A stretch of DNA of 64,000 nucleotides from a virus: positions 1-64,000 of the IMG/VR virus record IMGVR_UViG_3300009609_000001. One strand, given 5' to 3'. Both the position numbers and the translations under genes were made by a program. Of the stretch, positions 28,876 through 41,764 are shown piece after piece. A model generated the notes under the pieces. That model was not told where the DNA came from. It saw only the letters and a list, made by a program, of their open reading frames with translations, and did not search any database. Position 1 is the stretch's first letter. Each line of letters begins with the position of its first letter.

Positions 28876-29917
28876 GATCGCTCCTACTGTTGCGTCACTG
28901 GGTATAGCTCACTTTGCCTTGGCATACGGAGCAAACATGATCGCCCGGAATGTTGGCCTTAATTAGTCGCCCCTTGCTTGGCAGCTTCTTGCCGCATTGC
29001 GTCTTTCGTGTTGCATCGGCCACGTAGTGCCAGAGCGAGTTGCCCCACTTCACCCAGGCGGGGAACGTGATTGGTGTTTTCGTGCCCTTAATCACGTATA
29101 TGTCCTTATTGGTTTGGCCTGAGTTTCCCCACGCATCCAAAGCCTTTCGGCCTGGGCGTGGCACTCGTCGCACAAAACAAAACGCTTAACCTGCCCGCCC
29201 GATGCCTTTTCCTTGTGGGCATAGCCCTCGCCCTGTCGGAGCGTTCGATTGCATTCGGGGTTGCCGCAGGTTGTTTCCGCAGACAAGGTGCAAGATCACC
29301 GCCTTTCTGCTGGCCACTGGCCGGTTAAGTCCATAAACGCAAAAAGGCCGGCACTCCCCAGCCCTTGCGAGCGGGAAATGACGGCCAGAAGCCAGTTCAA
29401 ATTGTCAAAACGCTGGGGGTAGTCTACCCCGCTGGCTTGTTTTTTACAATCTTTCGTTTCCGCACGGGGATCGCGATAACCTCCCCGGCGTCTACAGGTT
29501 CTATCTTGAGCCGTACTTGTGCGGTCGTGCGCTGCTTATCCCTGATGCGCGTCACCTTGCACGCCGGCAGGTGGAACGGTGCATCGACCTCGATTTCAGC
29601 CGGATAGACCAGCATTGTTTTTGCTCCTGCGTTTATCCCTGGCCCGCGTGCTGCTGGCCTTCAATTTCCGCCACCGTTTCTGCTCGTGGCAAAACTCGAC
29701 TTCCGATGCTGGTGGTCCGTCTGCACTTCCATCACGGTCAACACTTCCTCCACCACGCCGGCCCGCTTGCGCGCCTCTTGCGGCGTCCAGCCTGCTTGCA
29801 ACGCCCGGCAATAGGCTTGGATCTCGTCCGGCGTCGGCGTGTACTTCTGCCCGGTGTCGATGCCTTGGCACTGCGGGCAGACGGCGCTGATGCTGCGGCG
29901 GTTGCAGAAGCGGCAGA

Positions 29918-30142
29918 TCATTTCTCGACAACCTCTACTTTTCGATTCTGCAAAAGCGAACGTAGCAAGTGGTCGATCCACTGATCTCTCGGATACGACG
30001 CTTGCGCCTCCAGAATGAGCGCGGCAAAGAGCATTGCAATCGCCCGCTCCTTTGTTTCGGCGATGCCAACCGGCGGCGTGCCCGGCAAGTCCTTGCAGTC
30101 GGCTCGCCAGTAATCACGTGAATACTCAAGTTCGATTGTCAC
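29918..30142 (-). CDS. HicB-like N-terminal-fold protein
   Basis: YWRA.C.DLPG....G..ET.E.AI; GGAGG SD before the GTG. Confidence 0.55.
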   Translation of the reverse strand: MTIELEYSRDYWRADCKDLPGTPPVGIAETKERAIAMLFAALILEAQASYPRDQWIDHLLRSLLQNRKVEVVEK

Positions 30143-30685
30143 TTCGGCACCTCCGGCAGGGGCTTGGCGTGGGGGCAGTCGCTGTAATGGTCCGGCAGAA
30201 ATTCGTCGCACGCTCGGCAGCGAGCATCACCGTTGACGACAAATGGTTCTGCATTCCGCACCGCCTCGCACTCTGCGCGAAGCTCGGCGGCGTAGTCGTG
30301 CAGCTTCTCGGCACGCTCCCGCTCGGCAGCCAACAGCGGCTCGATGTGCTTGAGGATGATGGCGGCAAGCCTCTCCGTGCGTTCGTCGAAATTGTGCGGC
30401 GAGCCTGGCGGAAGGAACTGCTGTAACTCCATTGCAGCCTCGCAGGCCGCTTGGGCGGGCGTGGTCATGTGCGATCACTTTCAGTATTTGGTCTATATGC
30501 GGACGTTCCGCAGTAGTTCCTCAGAACAAGCACGCCGCTCGCCACCATTTCGTCGATAGTATTACTGCGAACAGTCGCAATGGTCTTTCCGTTACGGCGA
30601 ATGAATTGCGTCCTGAATGAAAAATCATTTTTCGCCAAGTACCCGCCGCTGCTCAAGTGGTTCAAGATGGCACGATGCGACGCTT

Positions 30686-32038
30686 TCATCGCTTTTCCTC
30701 CATCGCTTTCTTCACGGCCTGCACGGCCTGCTCGCGGGTGGGAAAACACTTTCCCTTGCCCGGCCGTTGCGTGGCTATGTAAAACTCGTCGGGTTCAATG
30801 TGATCGATCAGCAGCCCGTACAGCCCGTCAATCTCGCGTTGCTGGGCTTCGAGCGCGTCCAGGCATTCGTCCAAGAGAGGCGATTTCTTCGGCGTCGGCT
30901 CCAAGAGCTTGCGGCGTTGTAATTCCGCTTTGATGTCCCGCAATGCCGCCTCCAACTGCACGATCCGCTCTTGCTGCCGGCGTGCCTCTGCGGGCGGCTG
31001 AAAGCCGCGGCCAGCGGTGGTGGATAGTGCGGCATCGCGTCTGGCAAGCCATCTATGCCAAGCTGATTCTGGACCGTGGACCACGTTGCTTAATACACTC
31101 CGCATCGCACCGCATGCGGCCTCGCTGGCGGCAAGTTTCTTTTCGTAATTGCCAATCTCATCCACCAGTTGGTTTACTTCGGCGCTTGCTCGCTCCCGCT
31201 CCGCAGTCACGGCCACGAGTTGCTGACGGAATTCGTCACGCTCAGTGGCAATGGCCGCAATCTTCTGTACGGAGATTCGATTAAGGTACTGGACCTGCTG
31301 TTCAAGCTCGGTGATACGTTTCAGTCCGTGAGCGACGTGCCCCAGGTCAGTGGCGTTTACCTGCTGCTCAAGCTCGCGGCAGCGGGCTTCGGCGGCTTCG
31401 GCTTTCTGCTTTTGCTCAAGCCAAATGAAGTAGCCTGCGCCAGCCTGATACGCCTCTCGCCAAGAGGAGAATGGCCCAGTGCTCATGCCACCGTCGATTG
31501 GCTCCCACATCCAGTAGCCGTCGCGGTGCTGCGTGACAACCACTCGCTCCTCGATGTCGTCGGTGAACGGCGTGTTGCATTTTGCTAGCCGCTCGATTTC
31601 AGCCTCAGCGGCTTCGGCTCGCCCTTCGTTTGGGCATGGTAGTTTCATTTCCACTGGAGAATGATTGTCCATTTGGGTGTGCTCAGATATTCGTAGCCCG
31701 CAATGACACACCGCCTCATCCTGTTTCAGCCGCTCTATCTCCGCGTCTCGTTCGGCCAGTGTCGTCTGCTGCTTCTCGTACAACTCCACCAGTTGCCGGG
31801 CGGACGTGATAAGTGCTACGCCGGACGGGGCCAATGTTCGCAGCACGTCCTGTAGCTCATTGGCTTGGGATCGGGTAATGTCGCTGGCTCGTACCGACAA
31901 CTCTTGCGTGAGCCGGGCATGGTCGCGGAGTGCTCGCCAGACTCGCTGCCATGTCTCGCTGGGAACCTCACGTAGCGGAATCTCAGACAAGCTATCAATC
32001 TCGTCGCTCGTCAGCGGCGGGACGTGTTCGGTGGTCAT
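30686..32038 (-). CDS. mosaic coiled-coil protein (Ea22-like architecture)
   Basis: Repeated EIERL/AEAAEA linkers separate small modules. Confidence 0.5.
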   Translation of the reverse strand: MTTEHVPPLTSDEIDSLSEIPLREVPSETWQRVWRALRDHARLTQELSVRASDITRSQANELQDVLRTLAPSGVALITSARQLVELYEKQQTTLAERDAEIERLKQDEAVCHCGLRISEHTQMDNHSPVEMKLPCPNEGRAEAAEAEIERLAKCNTPFTDDIEERVVVTQHRDGYWMWEPIDGGMSTGPFSSWREAYQAGAGYFIWLEQKQKAEAAEARCRELEQQVNATDLGHVAHGLKRITELEQQVQYLNRISVQKIAAIATERDEFRQQLVAVTAERERASAEVNQLVDEIGNYEKKLAASEAACGAMRSVLSNVVHGPESAWHRWLARRDAALSTTAGRGFQPPAEARRQQERIVQLEAALRDIKAELQRRKLLEPTPKKSPLLDECLDALEAQQREIDGLYGLLIDHIEPDEFYIATQRPGKGKCFPTREQAVQAVKKAMEEKR

Positions 32039-32510
32039 GTAGTGCTCGCTTTCACAAGTTCGTGTCCGACGTGCCCACTTGGAAAAATAAATTCCTTGCC
32101 CCTGACAAGCATCTCTCCGCCCATCACGTCGCACTGGCACATGAAGTCGGATGATGCTCCGATCCGGCGAACTTCGCCCATACAGAAGAACCGGAACAGC
32201 CCCCAGTAATCCGGCATGTAGACTCGCATCCAAGCGTAGACCTCGGCCAGCGATGGCTTAAAGAACACTGATGAGTGATGCTGCGTGATGATCTCGGTGA
32301 TGTTTAGCGGTTCAAACGTGAACTCGTCGCCGGTCGGATTCGCGTTCCACAGAAACGACACGTCGCGCGGGTGCAGCGACTGGCAGCCAGCGATGCGTCG
32401 ATACATGCAAGAGTCGGGCAACTTCAGCACCGGCTCAATGTGCCGCATCTCGGCTATTTGCTCGTCGGTAATTGGCGGCACGCGGTTTACTTTGTCATAA
32501 AGCCAGTCGC

Positions 32511-33731
32511 TCATTTCGGCTCCTTTGGTTTTTCATTAACCGCGTCCAAAACCCTCCACGCCTGCGCACGCGGCAGGCCGGTCAGCACCACACGCCCGTC
32601 TGCCGCCAGGATCGAAGCGATGCCCGGCGAGTCGTCGCGCAGGGTCCAGGGCAGCGGGCATGGCGGGGGTGCTGCCTCCCAGCGTTCGGCTATCGACGGC
32701 CACGGCTCGCCAAGCGCAGCGGCGACGGCGTGTAAGGCATTACGGCACTGCTCGAAATGCAGGTCGTATTGGCCGCACACCGTGTCCAGCGCGGCATCGT
32801 CGTCAGCTATCTCCGCAATTAGCTGCGCGACGGAAAACCGCGTGCCCTTCAGGAGCAGCTTTCCGCCGCACTTGCCGGGTGTGGCCTCCAGGATGTCCGT
32901 GTGGCGTGCCAGGAATTGAGCAGCAGGCGAGCCGTCTTTCGACGTGCTGGGGGTTGACACTCCCAGGGACTCGCCCGCCGCGTGGGCATCGATGTATTCC
33001 GGTTCGTCGCCGGCAGACTCCCGGCGAAACGGACGGATCGACTGGTACAGAGATTCGGTGACAACGATGCCGGGAAAGTCGGTCGGGTACTTTTTCATCT
33101 CCTCGACGATCTTAGTAACCTCTTCCATGCTGTCGTTCGCCCAATGAAATCCCCACCTATACCAAATCTGATAGCGCGGCAAAGGCTTGAGGTTCGCCGC
33201 CTCCACGCATGAGTCTGTCTCTTGGTGAAACGGATTGTCCTGCGGCTCCGGCGGCAATCCCGGCGGCTGGCCCCATTCGCCTAACGCCTTGGCCGCCTGC
33301 CGCACTTCCGCCTGCTGCCGCAGTATTTTCGGGATGTTTTCCATTGGCGTGTCCGATGGCACGCAATCTTGCACCACCGCTGCGGACTTGGGCGCGGCTC
33401 GCTGGGGAGCGACGGTGAACGATCCGCTCGCACTCCCCCAATCGACGCCACACTCAACCGCCGGATGCTCCCGGCAAATCCGCAGCAGTTCCGCCTGGCC
33501 TGCGGGGTAGGTGGCAAGCAGTGTGTGGGCTTCGGCGGGGGTAATTTCCAACAGCCCGCCAGATGAAACGCTTTCCCACGTTACGCGCGTGATTCTTTGT
33601 GCCGGCGCATCGATAAATACGCCGTCACTGTTCGGTGGGATAGCCCAGCAGGTTTGCTTGTAGGCCGGATGGGCAGTGCAATGCCAGCATCGCACGCTCG
33701 TCGGGGGGATGGTCGGGGTGGGGTCGGTCAT
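32511..33731 (-). CDS. mosaic protein with DUF433 domain
   Basis: I...PG.CGG...L.GTR..V..L....A........Y.L. Confidence 0.6.
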   Translation of the reverse strand: MTDPTPTIPPTSVRCWHCTAHPAYKQTCWAIPPNSDGVFIDAPAQRITRVTWESVSSGGLLEITPAEAHTLLATYPAGQAELLRICREHPAVECGVDWGSASGSFTVAPQRAAPKSAAVVQDCVPSDTPMENIPKILRQQAEVRQAAKALGEWGQPPGLPPEPQDNPFHQETDSCVEAANLKPLPRYQIWYRWGFHWANDSMEEVTKIVEEMKKYPTDFPGIVVTESLYQSIRPFRRESAGDEPEYIDAHAAGESLGVSTPSTSKDGSPAAQFLARHTDILEATPGKCGGKLLLKGTRFSVAQLIAEIADDDAALDTVCGQYDLHFEQCRNALHAVAAALGEPWPSIAERWEAAPPPCPLPWTLRDDSPGIASILAADGRVVLTGLPRAQAWRVLDAVNEKPKEPK

Positions 33732-34136
33732 GGTTGGCTCGCTTTCTTGACTTCATATTTGCCGCACGCACAGAACCGCACGTCAACGTATCGCACGCCG
33801 ATTTGTTTCTGGCTCACCGGGAAAGGTTCACCGCCGATAGTCACAGCCCATATCGGCAGGTCCATTGTTTCCCATTCGGTCCACTCGCATACATGAAAGC
33901 CGCATAGCCTCTTGAGCCAGTCGAACATCACGCACCCCTTTCCGGCCACGTCGGCTCAACGGCCCGCTGGAACTGCCAGCCGGCGAGGTCGGCATAGCAA
34001 TCGCTGCCACTGCACAATAGCAATCCGTCGCGGGCTGTTGAGATGAAGTCACCAGCAAGCACTTCGCCGTCCGGGGCAAGCGCCCAATAGAACACGCCGC
34101 ATTCCACCGGCTTGCCGTCGATGTCGAGAGGTGGGG

Positions 34137-34643
34137 TCATAAGTCGCTACTCCAGGCAGTGACGCCCTTGCTTAGTTCAGCCAATCCCGCCTTAGCCGCC
34201 TTGCTCGCCAGCGAATGGCAAAGCGAGTGCGGCCAGTGTCCGTGCTTGCCGCGGCTGGGAAGTATCTCAATGGTCAGGTCCAGGTTGGCGGCGGCGTTGC
34301 GGATCGCGGCGGCCAGCGTGCGGTAGCCGGGATATTTCCAGTTGCCGCGAACGGCATTTCCAGCCTGTAAATAATCCGTCCGCAGAACCACAGTCGCCAC
34401 ACGAATGTCGATCGCCTGCCTCGCTCTCCGTAAACCTTCGTGGATGGCCGTCAATTCGCCAGCCATCGCGGTGTGCCACTCGCCGACGATGCCGGAACTG
34501 CTGCATAACCTGTCGCCGACGCTGTAAAGTTTTGTCGTGTCTCGCTCAGTCAACACGAAGGCCCAGCCAGCAATGCGACGGACGACGGGACCGCCAATCC
34601 CGCAGCCGTCGGTGTAGAGGTAGTGCGTGACGACTTCCGTCAT
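34137..34643 (-). CDS. RNase H-like protein
   Basis: YTDG, ELTAI..GL and TD acidic triad. Confidence 0.7.
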   Translation of the reverse strand: MTEVVTHYLYTDGCGIGGPVVRRIAGWAFVLTERDTTKLYSVGDRLCSSSGIVGEWHTAMAGELTAIHEGLRRARQAIDIRVATVVLRTDYLQAGNAVRGNWKYPGYRTLAAAIRNAAANLDLTIEILPSRGKHGHWPHSLCHSLASKAAKAGLAELSKGVTAWSSDL

Positions 34644-34938
34644 GTTCGCTCCTATTCGTCGTCACAAACGTCGCAAAAAAGGCTTCTGCCGCAATCGCAT
34701 TTCTTCGGCGCTTTCAGGTCTGCCGCCAACTCGCCGATGAGGTCCAGCGCGGCGCGAAAATGGTTGCGGGCTTCGGCACTCAAGCGATCATCCGCATCGT
34801 CGCGGTCGCCGCAAGCGCCATCCGTCGTGAACAGCACGGCGTTAAGCAACGGCGGGGTGTACTTCCACGGCGCGGGACTCGCCGCTGCTTCAATCGCCAG
34901 CAGCCGCTCGCGGTAGGCGGGATCGAGGAGTAGGGCTT

Positions 34939-35394
34939 TCAGGTCGGTGGGCATGGTTGCTCCTTGAACTTGATACAAACCCAGCAGCCGCGCGGCTCGT
35001 ACCAAAACGGCTTGCGCTGCTCATATCGCCACACGTCAGCCGCGTCGTTGAACTTCGCCAACTCCGCAATCTGGTCACGAATCGCCTTGAATGTCCGTGC
35101 AAGGTTGTCGCTGTCTTGAGGCAACTGCGTCAGCAGAATGAACGTCACGCTTCGCGGAATTCCCCTGCCGACAATCTGCTCACCTAGTGCCTCGACCACG
35201 GCGGCTTTCTGTTCCGCCTTGCGGCGCAGACTGTCGCGGAGCTTTCCGTTGGCGTTTGCCTCGCTGCGAATGCTCATAGTTAGGAATGCCTTGACGGTTT
35301 TGGCTTCGCTGGCTGCGCGCTTCTGGACCTTAACGGCTGTGTTGCCGTGTACCCGGAAGCCCATGCGGCGGAGTTCGCCCTCCGTGATGTTCAT
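34939..35394 (-). CDS. RusA-like Holliday junction resolvase
   Basis: SEAN; D.DNL...K..RD; W.Y.Q. Confidence 0.65.
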   Translation of the reverse strand: MNITEGELRRMGFRVHGNTAVKVQKRAASEAKTVKAFLTMSIRSEANANGKLRDSLRRKAEQKAAVVEALGEQIVGRGIPRSVTFILLTQLPQDSDNLARTFKAIRDQIAELAKFNDAADVWRYEQRKPFWYEPRGCWVCIKFKEQPCPPT

Positions 35395-38300
35395 GCTCGC
35401 CTTCCCTTCGGATAGCACTTCTTACACAACCGCAATCGCTTTTCCGTGCGGTTCCACGCCCACCGATTCCGGTTCTGCCATTGATATTCAGTGACGAGTT
35501 GTGGGTGGTAAATGTACTGGCGGCAAAGCGCTAGCCCGATGCCGCCCGCGTGGACGATGTTGGAATGCGGCGACTTAATCATTTCCGTGCCTCCCATAAG
35601 TGCCACACTTCCCCGACGATGCCCACGGCGATGAAGATGATGATGGTCATTTGCCATCCCTCGCCAGTAACGCATAGCCCGCGCAAATCCGGTCGCCGTG
35701 ATGGCAAGCGAATTCCTCGCCTTCCATCAGGCACTTGATCGCATCGCCCACGGTTTGCAGGCAGCCGTTCGGAATCGAGCCGAGACGGAATGCGCAGTCG
35801 CGGCAGCGCTCGTCAGCCGCTCCGGTCGCGCACTTCTCGGTCACGTAGAACCGCGCGAGATGCTCGCCAAGCTGGCGCCCTTCCTCCGACGGCGCGTTGA
35901 GCGTCATCGGCACTGATGGGTCCGCCTCGCACGCGAACGGCCAAGGCATTTGAATCTTGTTCATGGTGAATCTCCGTTAAATCCCCCTGCAATCCGGGCA
36001 TCGTCGCTGCCACTCCTCATCGTCATCCTGGAAGCATCGCCAGCCGCGCGCCTTTGCCGCCTCCCATGCGTCGCCGAACGTGCCGCCGGCAATCTCGATT
36101 TCTTCCAGGCACTCGGGGCATATGAACGTGAACAACTGACCGTCTTGCTGAAAGTTCACGACGGGTTTCTTTTCCTTCGGCGCGACGATGGGCAATGGTG
36201 CGCGTTCCAAGGCGTGGTCCCGGATCGCTTTCCAAAACTCATGTATCGCATCGTCGGTTTTCAGCTTGCCGGCTTCGTCGAGTGCCAGTTCCAGCACCGG
36301 CGCGGCGCTCTTGCGGGCCTCTACGCGAGCTGTAATTTCGGCGTCGGTCATGTTGCCTCCATAGCAATCAGCGAACCGGCTGGCTTGCCGGTGGGGCGGC
36401 GGCGCTCAAACTTCCGCGTTCCAACGCCGCCGGCAATCAGTGCTTCCACGATCTTCTTGACGCTGGTTCGCTTGTTCCAGGGCATCGTTACTTCAAACGG
36501 GACGCTCTCGTCCCCGTTAGTGCAACAGCCGCCGAACTTCTCGCGCACAGTCATTGTGGCCGTGCCATCATCGTTGAACCGCAGTCCGCCGAACCTGTAC
36601 CAGTCCTCGTTGGTTTTCCAGAACGCTTTTTTGACCTTCAAGTCAAATTGATGCTTGCCGCCTTCCCAGAGGTCGTGTTCGCTCAGGCCGACGATGCAGT
36701 AGTAGCGCTCGTTGCTCATGCGGCAAGTTCGCTCCGTGCCAATCTCGCGGAGCAGTAGCCCGTGCCAGTCGGGATCGAACTTGTCCACCACAAAGCCAAC
36801 GGTGAAATCGTGAATCCCGCTCGTCTGGCAAATTACCAAGTCGCCGGGTTTGATCTTGTCATACTCGCGGTGCTCAAAATGGACGTACTCCCGGCCAGCG
36901 GAGCGGTCGTGGAAGTCCAGTTGATACGCGCCGCGAGCCAACACAAGCATCGTCTGAAGCTCGCGAATGATGGTCAGCAGGATTCGCTCTTTGTCGGACA
37001 TTTCGGGTGGGGCGATTCTCATGCGTCGTCCTCCAGGGTTATCAAGCAGCCGAACCGACATCCATTGCACCACTCGCCTGGAACGCCGCCGCCCTCGCAT
37101 GGAATCGGCCCGTTCTTATCGAATTCGCTTTTCGCAGCCGCCGTCATTTGGTCCCACGGCTTGAATAGTTCGGGGTCCGCAAAGCACTGCGCCTCTAGTT
37201 CTGCCTTGCGGCGAATCGTGCTGAGCCGGAACTTGTTGGCCTTAGTAGTCATCGCGTAGCCTTTCCGCGTCTTTCTTCAGTGCCGATATGCTCATTTCCA
37301 GGCTGTCACGCGGCGGCTTGTTCATCCATCCCAGCATGGTGGCAATGCTCTTGACGGTACGCCACTCTTCGTCATACCAGCGCTTCCAGCCTTCAGCCGC
37401 TTCGCGTGCGTTCCCCGGCACCGTGCCGTCCGGGAATTGCAGCCGGCACACGGGCGGGTCGAGTTCGGATTCAAGCGCGGCGATGCGGGCTTTTAGCGTG
37501 CGGTTCTCCTCCCAGACGGCCGTAACGTCGGCGCTGTTCTTCTCGAAGATGTCGCACGCCTCATTGATTCGCTTGTTCTGTTCCTCAAGTTGCTTTATGC
37601 GTCCCTTGTCCTCCGAAGCCGCCTTACAGTACCCCTGCAAGTGCCGGAACTTATCTTCGTTCAGCAGCCGCAACTGTTTGATCTCCGCAGCCGCCAGCGT
37701 GAACACGTCCTGCTCTTGCACGCCGGTCACGCCCAGCGCTTCCCAGAGCTTGTCCAAGCCGGCGTGGTATTGCTCCGGGCTGATGTCGAATTTGGAACGC
37801 ATTGTTTCGTCTCTCATTGGCAAAGCATCCTGATTGTGTTCTTGAGCCGCAGGAACGCGAGATACCACATTAGCTCTTGCTTCTCGGCGGCCGTGCAGCC
37901 GTTGGATTTGCACCATTCACGGAAGGTCATGGCTCGATTCCAAAGGCTGGGTGCCGTGCATCGCAGCGTGAGCACCCAAGGTCGCTAAAGTCATAAATCG
38001 GCTTTCCGCAGTGCGGGCAAATCGGCTCATCTTCTTGCGGCTCGCACGATGCGGCCACGGCGCAGCAACCATCACACGAACCTAATCCAATTGGACAATT
38101 GCACACACTGCACAAATCGTCGTCCGGCGTTCCGCCGCACCATGCCTCTTGCTCGATTCCCCAGTCGTGATGGCTACTCATGTTTTTCATCCTTCCAGAG
38201 CGGTCGATTGTCGCTCTCTGGGTTACGCGGCACTTGGCCAGAGCCGGGGCAAACGCTCCGGCATGGCTTTGGGTAATCGTGCGTCGGGATCAACTGGTTG

Positions 38301-40045
38301 CGGGCGCTGAATAGCTCGCCGCAGTGCGGGCACATAACGAGCGTGCGTGTGTAGGGTTCGTTCATTGCGTTTACTCCACAAGGTCAATGCAGGAATCGTC
38401 TGGCAACTTGCACGTATCGTCCAACAGAATGAAGCTGGTCGGCTGGCCCGGCGTCACGCGCACCAACCGGCCGACTTCCCAGGTTGCAAACACTGGCGGC
38501 TTGTCGCCGGTTCCGCCGCAATCGGGGCAAACATCCGGCCCAACAATCTCGCCGCCGGAAACGTAGGCCGGTTGATAGCCGCCAGTCCCGTCGCACGCTG
38601 TGCACTTCTCAAGCGGCATGGCCACGTTCTTGCTGTCGCATAGCTTCTCGCCGCAAAGGCTGCAACGCTGGATGATTCGGCCACAGGCTTCGATGCGTGG
38701 GCCGGCGATGTGGGTTGTGCTAGTCATCAATTCGCCTCCGCCATTTTTGCTTCCATCTTGTTCGCCAACTCACGCAACGCCTGCGGCATTTCTAGGCGGC
38801 GCACGTCCGCAATCTTAGGACATGGGCCGCTGTAGCCGTGAAACTTGAACATTTCCTCGCCGCGCGGCAGACAGATCGTTCGGTTCTGCCTTGAGCAGCT
38901 TGCGGGCCTTGCGAATTACCTTCCGAATCATGGCATCGCTCGGGCGCTCGTGTTTGTTTGAGTACCGCATCATTGCTCCGGGTCGTGATACCACCAACTG
39001 ATATGCAACGGGACGCAGGGCAGGAAGCAAATCCACATATCCACGCAATGCCCACTCGTTTTCCAGAATGCGCCAACCCAGCAGTCGGCAAGCTTGAATT
39101 CAAATTGCCAGTGCCAGCCTTCAAAGACAAGTCGCCGGGTTATCGGGCCGTAGCCAAAGAGAAGTCGTTTCATTCAAAGTCTCCACGTTCAGGCTGCGCG
39201 TCGTTCTCGATTTCTGCGCTGCGTTCCGTCGCCTCATCCAACTCATCTTGAATATCCCAAATCGTGGCCGATATTTCCGACGCAGTTGGCGACGGGTCGT
39301 CAATCGACCTCCCAGCCGTGTGCTTATCGCAACCGCCGCTCACCATCTTGCTATAACGATGCGACTCCGGGTTAAGGCACAACGCCTGCATTTCCTGCCC
39401 GCCAATCTGCGCGGCGCATCGCTCACTCCAAAACTTGCAGCCGTCGCAAGTGCCACAGCCCACTGTCTGCATCGCTGATTTCCAGCTTGGGTCGAACATT
39501 GGATTAACCCTCAAGTTGTTGTCGCTTTCTGAATTCGTGCATCGCCATTGGTTCGCTCAACTCGCCCTGTCGCTCCCGGCATCGGTCGCAAGCCGGCTGT
39601 CCGCCCCACTCTCCCTGCCAGTCATTCGGCAAGATCAAATCTTCGTACATCGGAATCCCGCTCGCGTGCGAATCGTCGCCGCACACTACGCACTCCGCGA
39701 CGATCGGCCAGAGTTCGATGACTTGGACGCGGCCTCTTTCTTCCTTCGTTTCCATGCCAACCTCAATCCTTCGCTGATGCGCCGTTGACGTTCAGTGATG
39801 GGGACACGGCTATTCTTCGTCATCCTCGTCGTCATCCTCGCCCTCGGCCAGTTCGTCCAAATCTTCCGCCAGCGCGTACAGGTCATCCGTGATTCGGTCG
39901 CACTCGTTCTCCTCGTCGTCGCTCATGTGCCGGCGTGTTTCTGCGCTCTGTAGATCGAACGCCACGGATCGAAGCGCTCCAGCAGCAGACGTGATCTTTT
40001 GGTTTTTCATTCGGTTATCGCCTCCCCGGTTTCACAGTCGAACAT

Positions 40046-40333
40046 CTATCGTCCCTCCGTAATCGCACGCGGTTCATCGTCAATCCAAATGTCAATCGGC
40101 AAGCCGCGCTGCTTCATATGCCAGTCCTTCGCGGCCAGGCTGGTGAAGTGAATCGGCACCGGCACCTTGCATTCTTCGTAGTTCTCTGCGGTCGGTCGCC
40201 GGCAGGAGACGCACAAGACAAGATGCCCTCGAGCGCGGGCCAGCGCGATGAAGGCGTCCCATAGCTCGGAATCGGCTGTGTATGTGCCGTCGTAATCGAG
40301 CGCGATGCGCAGGCGCTTGGCTGGTTCGGTCAT
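40046..40333 (-). CDS. HAD-superfamily phage protein
   Basis: ALDYDGT, K and WIDD motifs. Confidence 0.8.
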   Translation of the reverse strand: MTEPAKRLRIALDYDGTYTADSELWDAFIALARARGHLVLCVSCRRPTAENYEECKVPVPIHFTSLAAKDWHMKQRGLPIDIWIDDEPRAITEGR

Positions 40334-41128
40334 TTCCTGCCGTCGCTTTCTTTTATGGTCGTCGCACCGTGCTCGCGGAGAAACGATTCCGCCTCTTGCT
40401 GCGAGCCGCAGTCGATATGCAAGCCTTTGGTTTGAACCATGTCCACGCACCACAGGCCGTGTAATCCGATGTAGGCGCGGCCCACGTAGACGCCGCGCGC
40501 ATCGAATGCGGTTAGTTCGGTGATGATCGGTTCAGTCATTGGATTCCCTTCTCTTTCAGCAGCCCCGACAACTCGCGGGCTTGTTCCAGAGCGGCGATGC
40601 GGGATTCTGCGGCCTGCAACGCGAGAATCACCCGCTCGTCAAGCGGCATCATGCGACCATCGACGATTGGACCAACACCACGCGAGCGGCAGGTGTCTGC
40701 GATGTTCGCCAGCGTGTTGCCGGCATTGCCGGAGTTGTCCATTTCGAACTGAATATCCTTTCGCAGCCTCTCGATTTCGCAAGCTAGGCACGGCTTTCCG
40801 GCCTGCTTGTCGCGATGGTCCGGGCAGAGATTGTTGGCGAGTGAGTTCCGACACTTCAGGGTCAGCCGCTTGTTTTCTTTTTCGACGGCTTCAAGCGATG
40901 TACGCTCCACCAGCACGTACTTATTTGGGTCAATCGGTTTGCCGCGAACAGACTGAATTGCCTTCTTCGTATAGTCGCTCAGACCAACACATCCGGGATC
41001 GCAAATCACGCTTTGCAGCACGTCACGTAGCCGCTCAATCTCCTGCGCCTCCAAGCCGTCGGGTGAAGGCGCCGCCGTCGCTACGGGCGGGGTGGTGTTG
41101 GGCGGGGTCAGGGCGGGTAGGGTTTGGG

Positions 41129-41764
41129 TCATTTGATCCTCAAGGGTTCTATCTTTCGCAGTTGCTCGATGCGCTTCGTCGCGAGCGTCAAGAGCGTTTC
41201 TTCCGTGGCTTCCGGTTTGCAACTCGTTTCCGCAATCTCATCAGCCACGGAACGCCAAGCCCGCAACAGCCGGTGCTTTCTCAGGCAGCCGGCGTAGTAT
41301 CCCATGTGCGTACTGACGCATGCGCACGGCCTGAGGATTCCTTCCAGCCAGTCGATTGCGTCGCGCCCGCTCTCGAATCCGCCGGCCGATGCGATCTTCT
41401 TCCACCAGCCGGATTCCTTGAGCCAGTCCCGGAACGCCGCTGGTACGTGCGCTGGTATCGCTTTTTCCTTGGCTTCGATCAGTGCCGCAAACAGCATCGC
41501 ATGCTCCTCCAGAAAGAAGTCTCTCCGCGTCAGTTTCCAAGCAGCGTCGATATCCTTTGACTCCCAGAACACCAGCAGGTTCGCCAGTAACTCCCGCTCC
41601 ATGTCCGTGTCACAAGGCGTTCGTTTCTCCAGCAGTTTCCGATGCCGCCGCTGTTGCTCAATCGCCTGAAAGAACTTGAGCCGTTTGAGTTCGATCTTCT
41701 CCCAGGCTGCTTGGGCTTCCGGGTCGGCAAAGGTTGGTGTTGGGTTTGGCTTCGTTGCTTCCAT
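41129..41764 (-). CDS. DnaB-like helicase N-terminal-domain-only protein
   Basis: P.D...ER..L ... DF....H..LF ... YY...L.....LR; no ATPase domain. Confidence 0.65.
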   Translation of the reverse strand: MEATKPNPTPTFADPEAQAAWEKIELKRLKFFQAIEQQRRHRKLLEKRTPCDTDMERELLANLLVFWESKDIDAAWKLTRRDFFLEEHAMLFAALIEAKEKAIPAHVPAAFRDWLKESGWWKKIASAGGFESGRDAIDWLEGILRPCACVSTHMGYYAGCLRKHRLLRAWRSVADEIAETSCKPEATEETLLTLATKRIEQLRKIEPLRIK

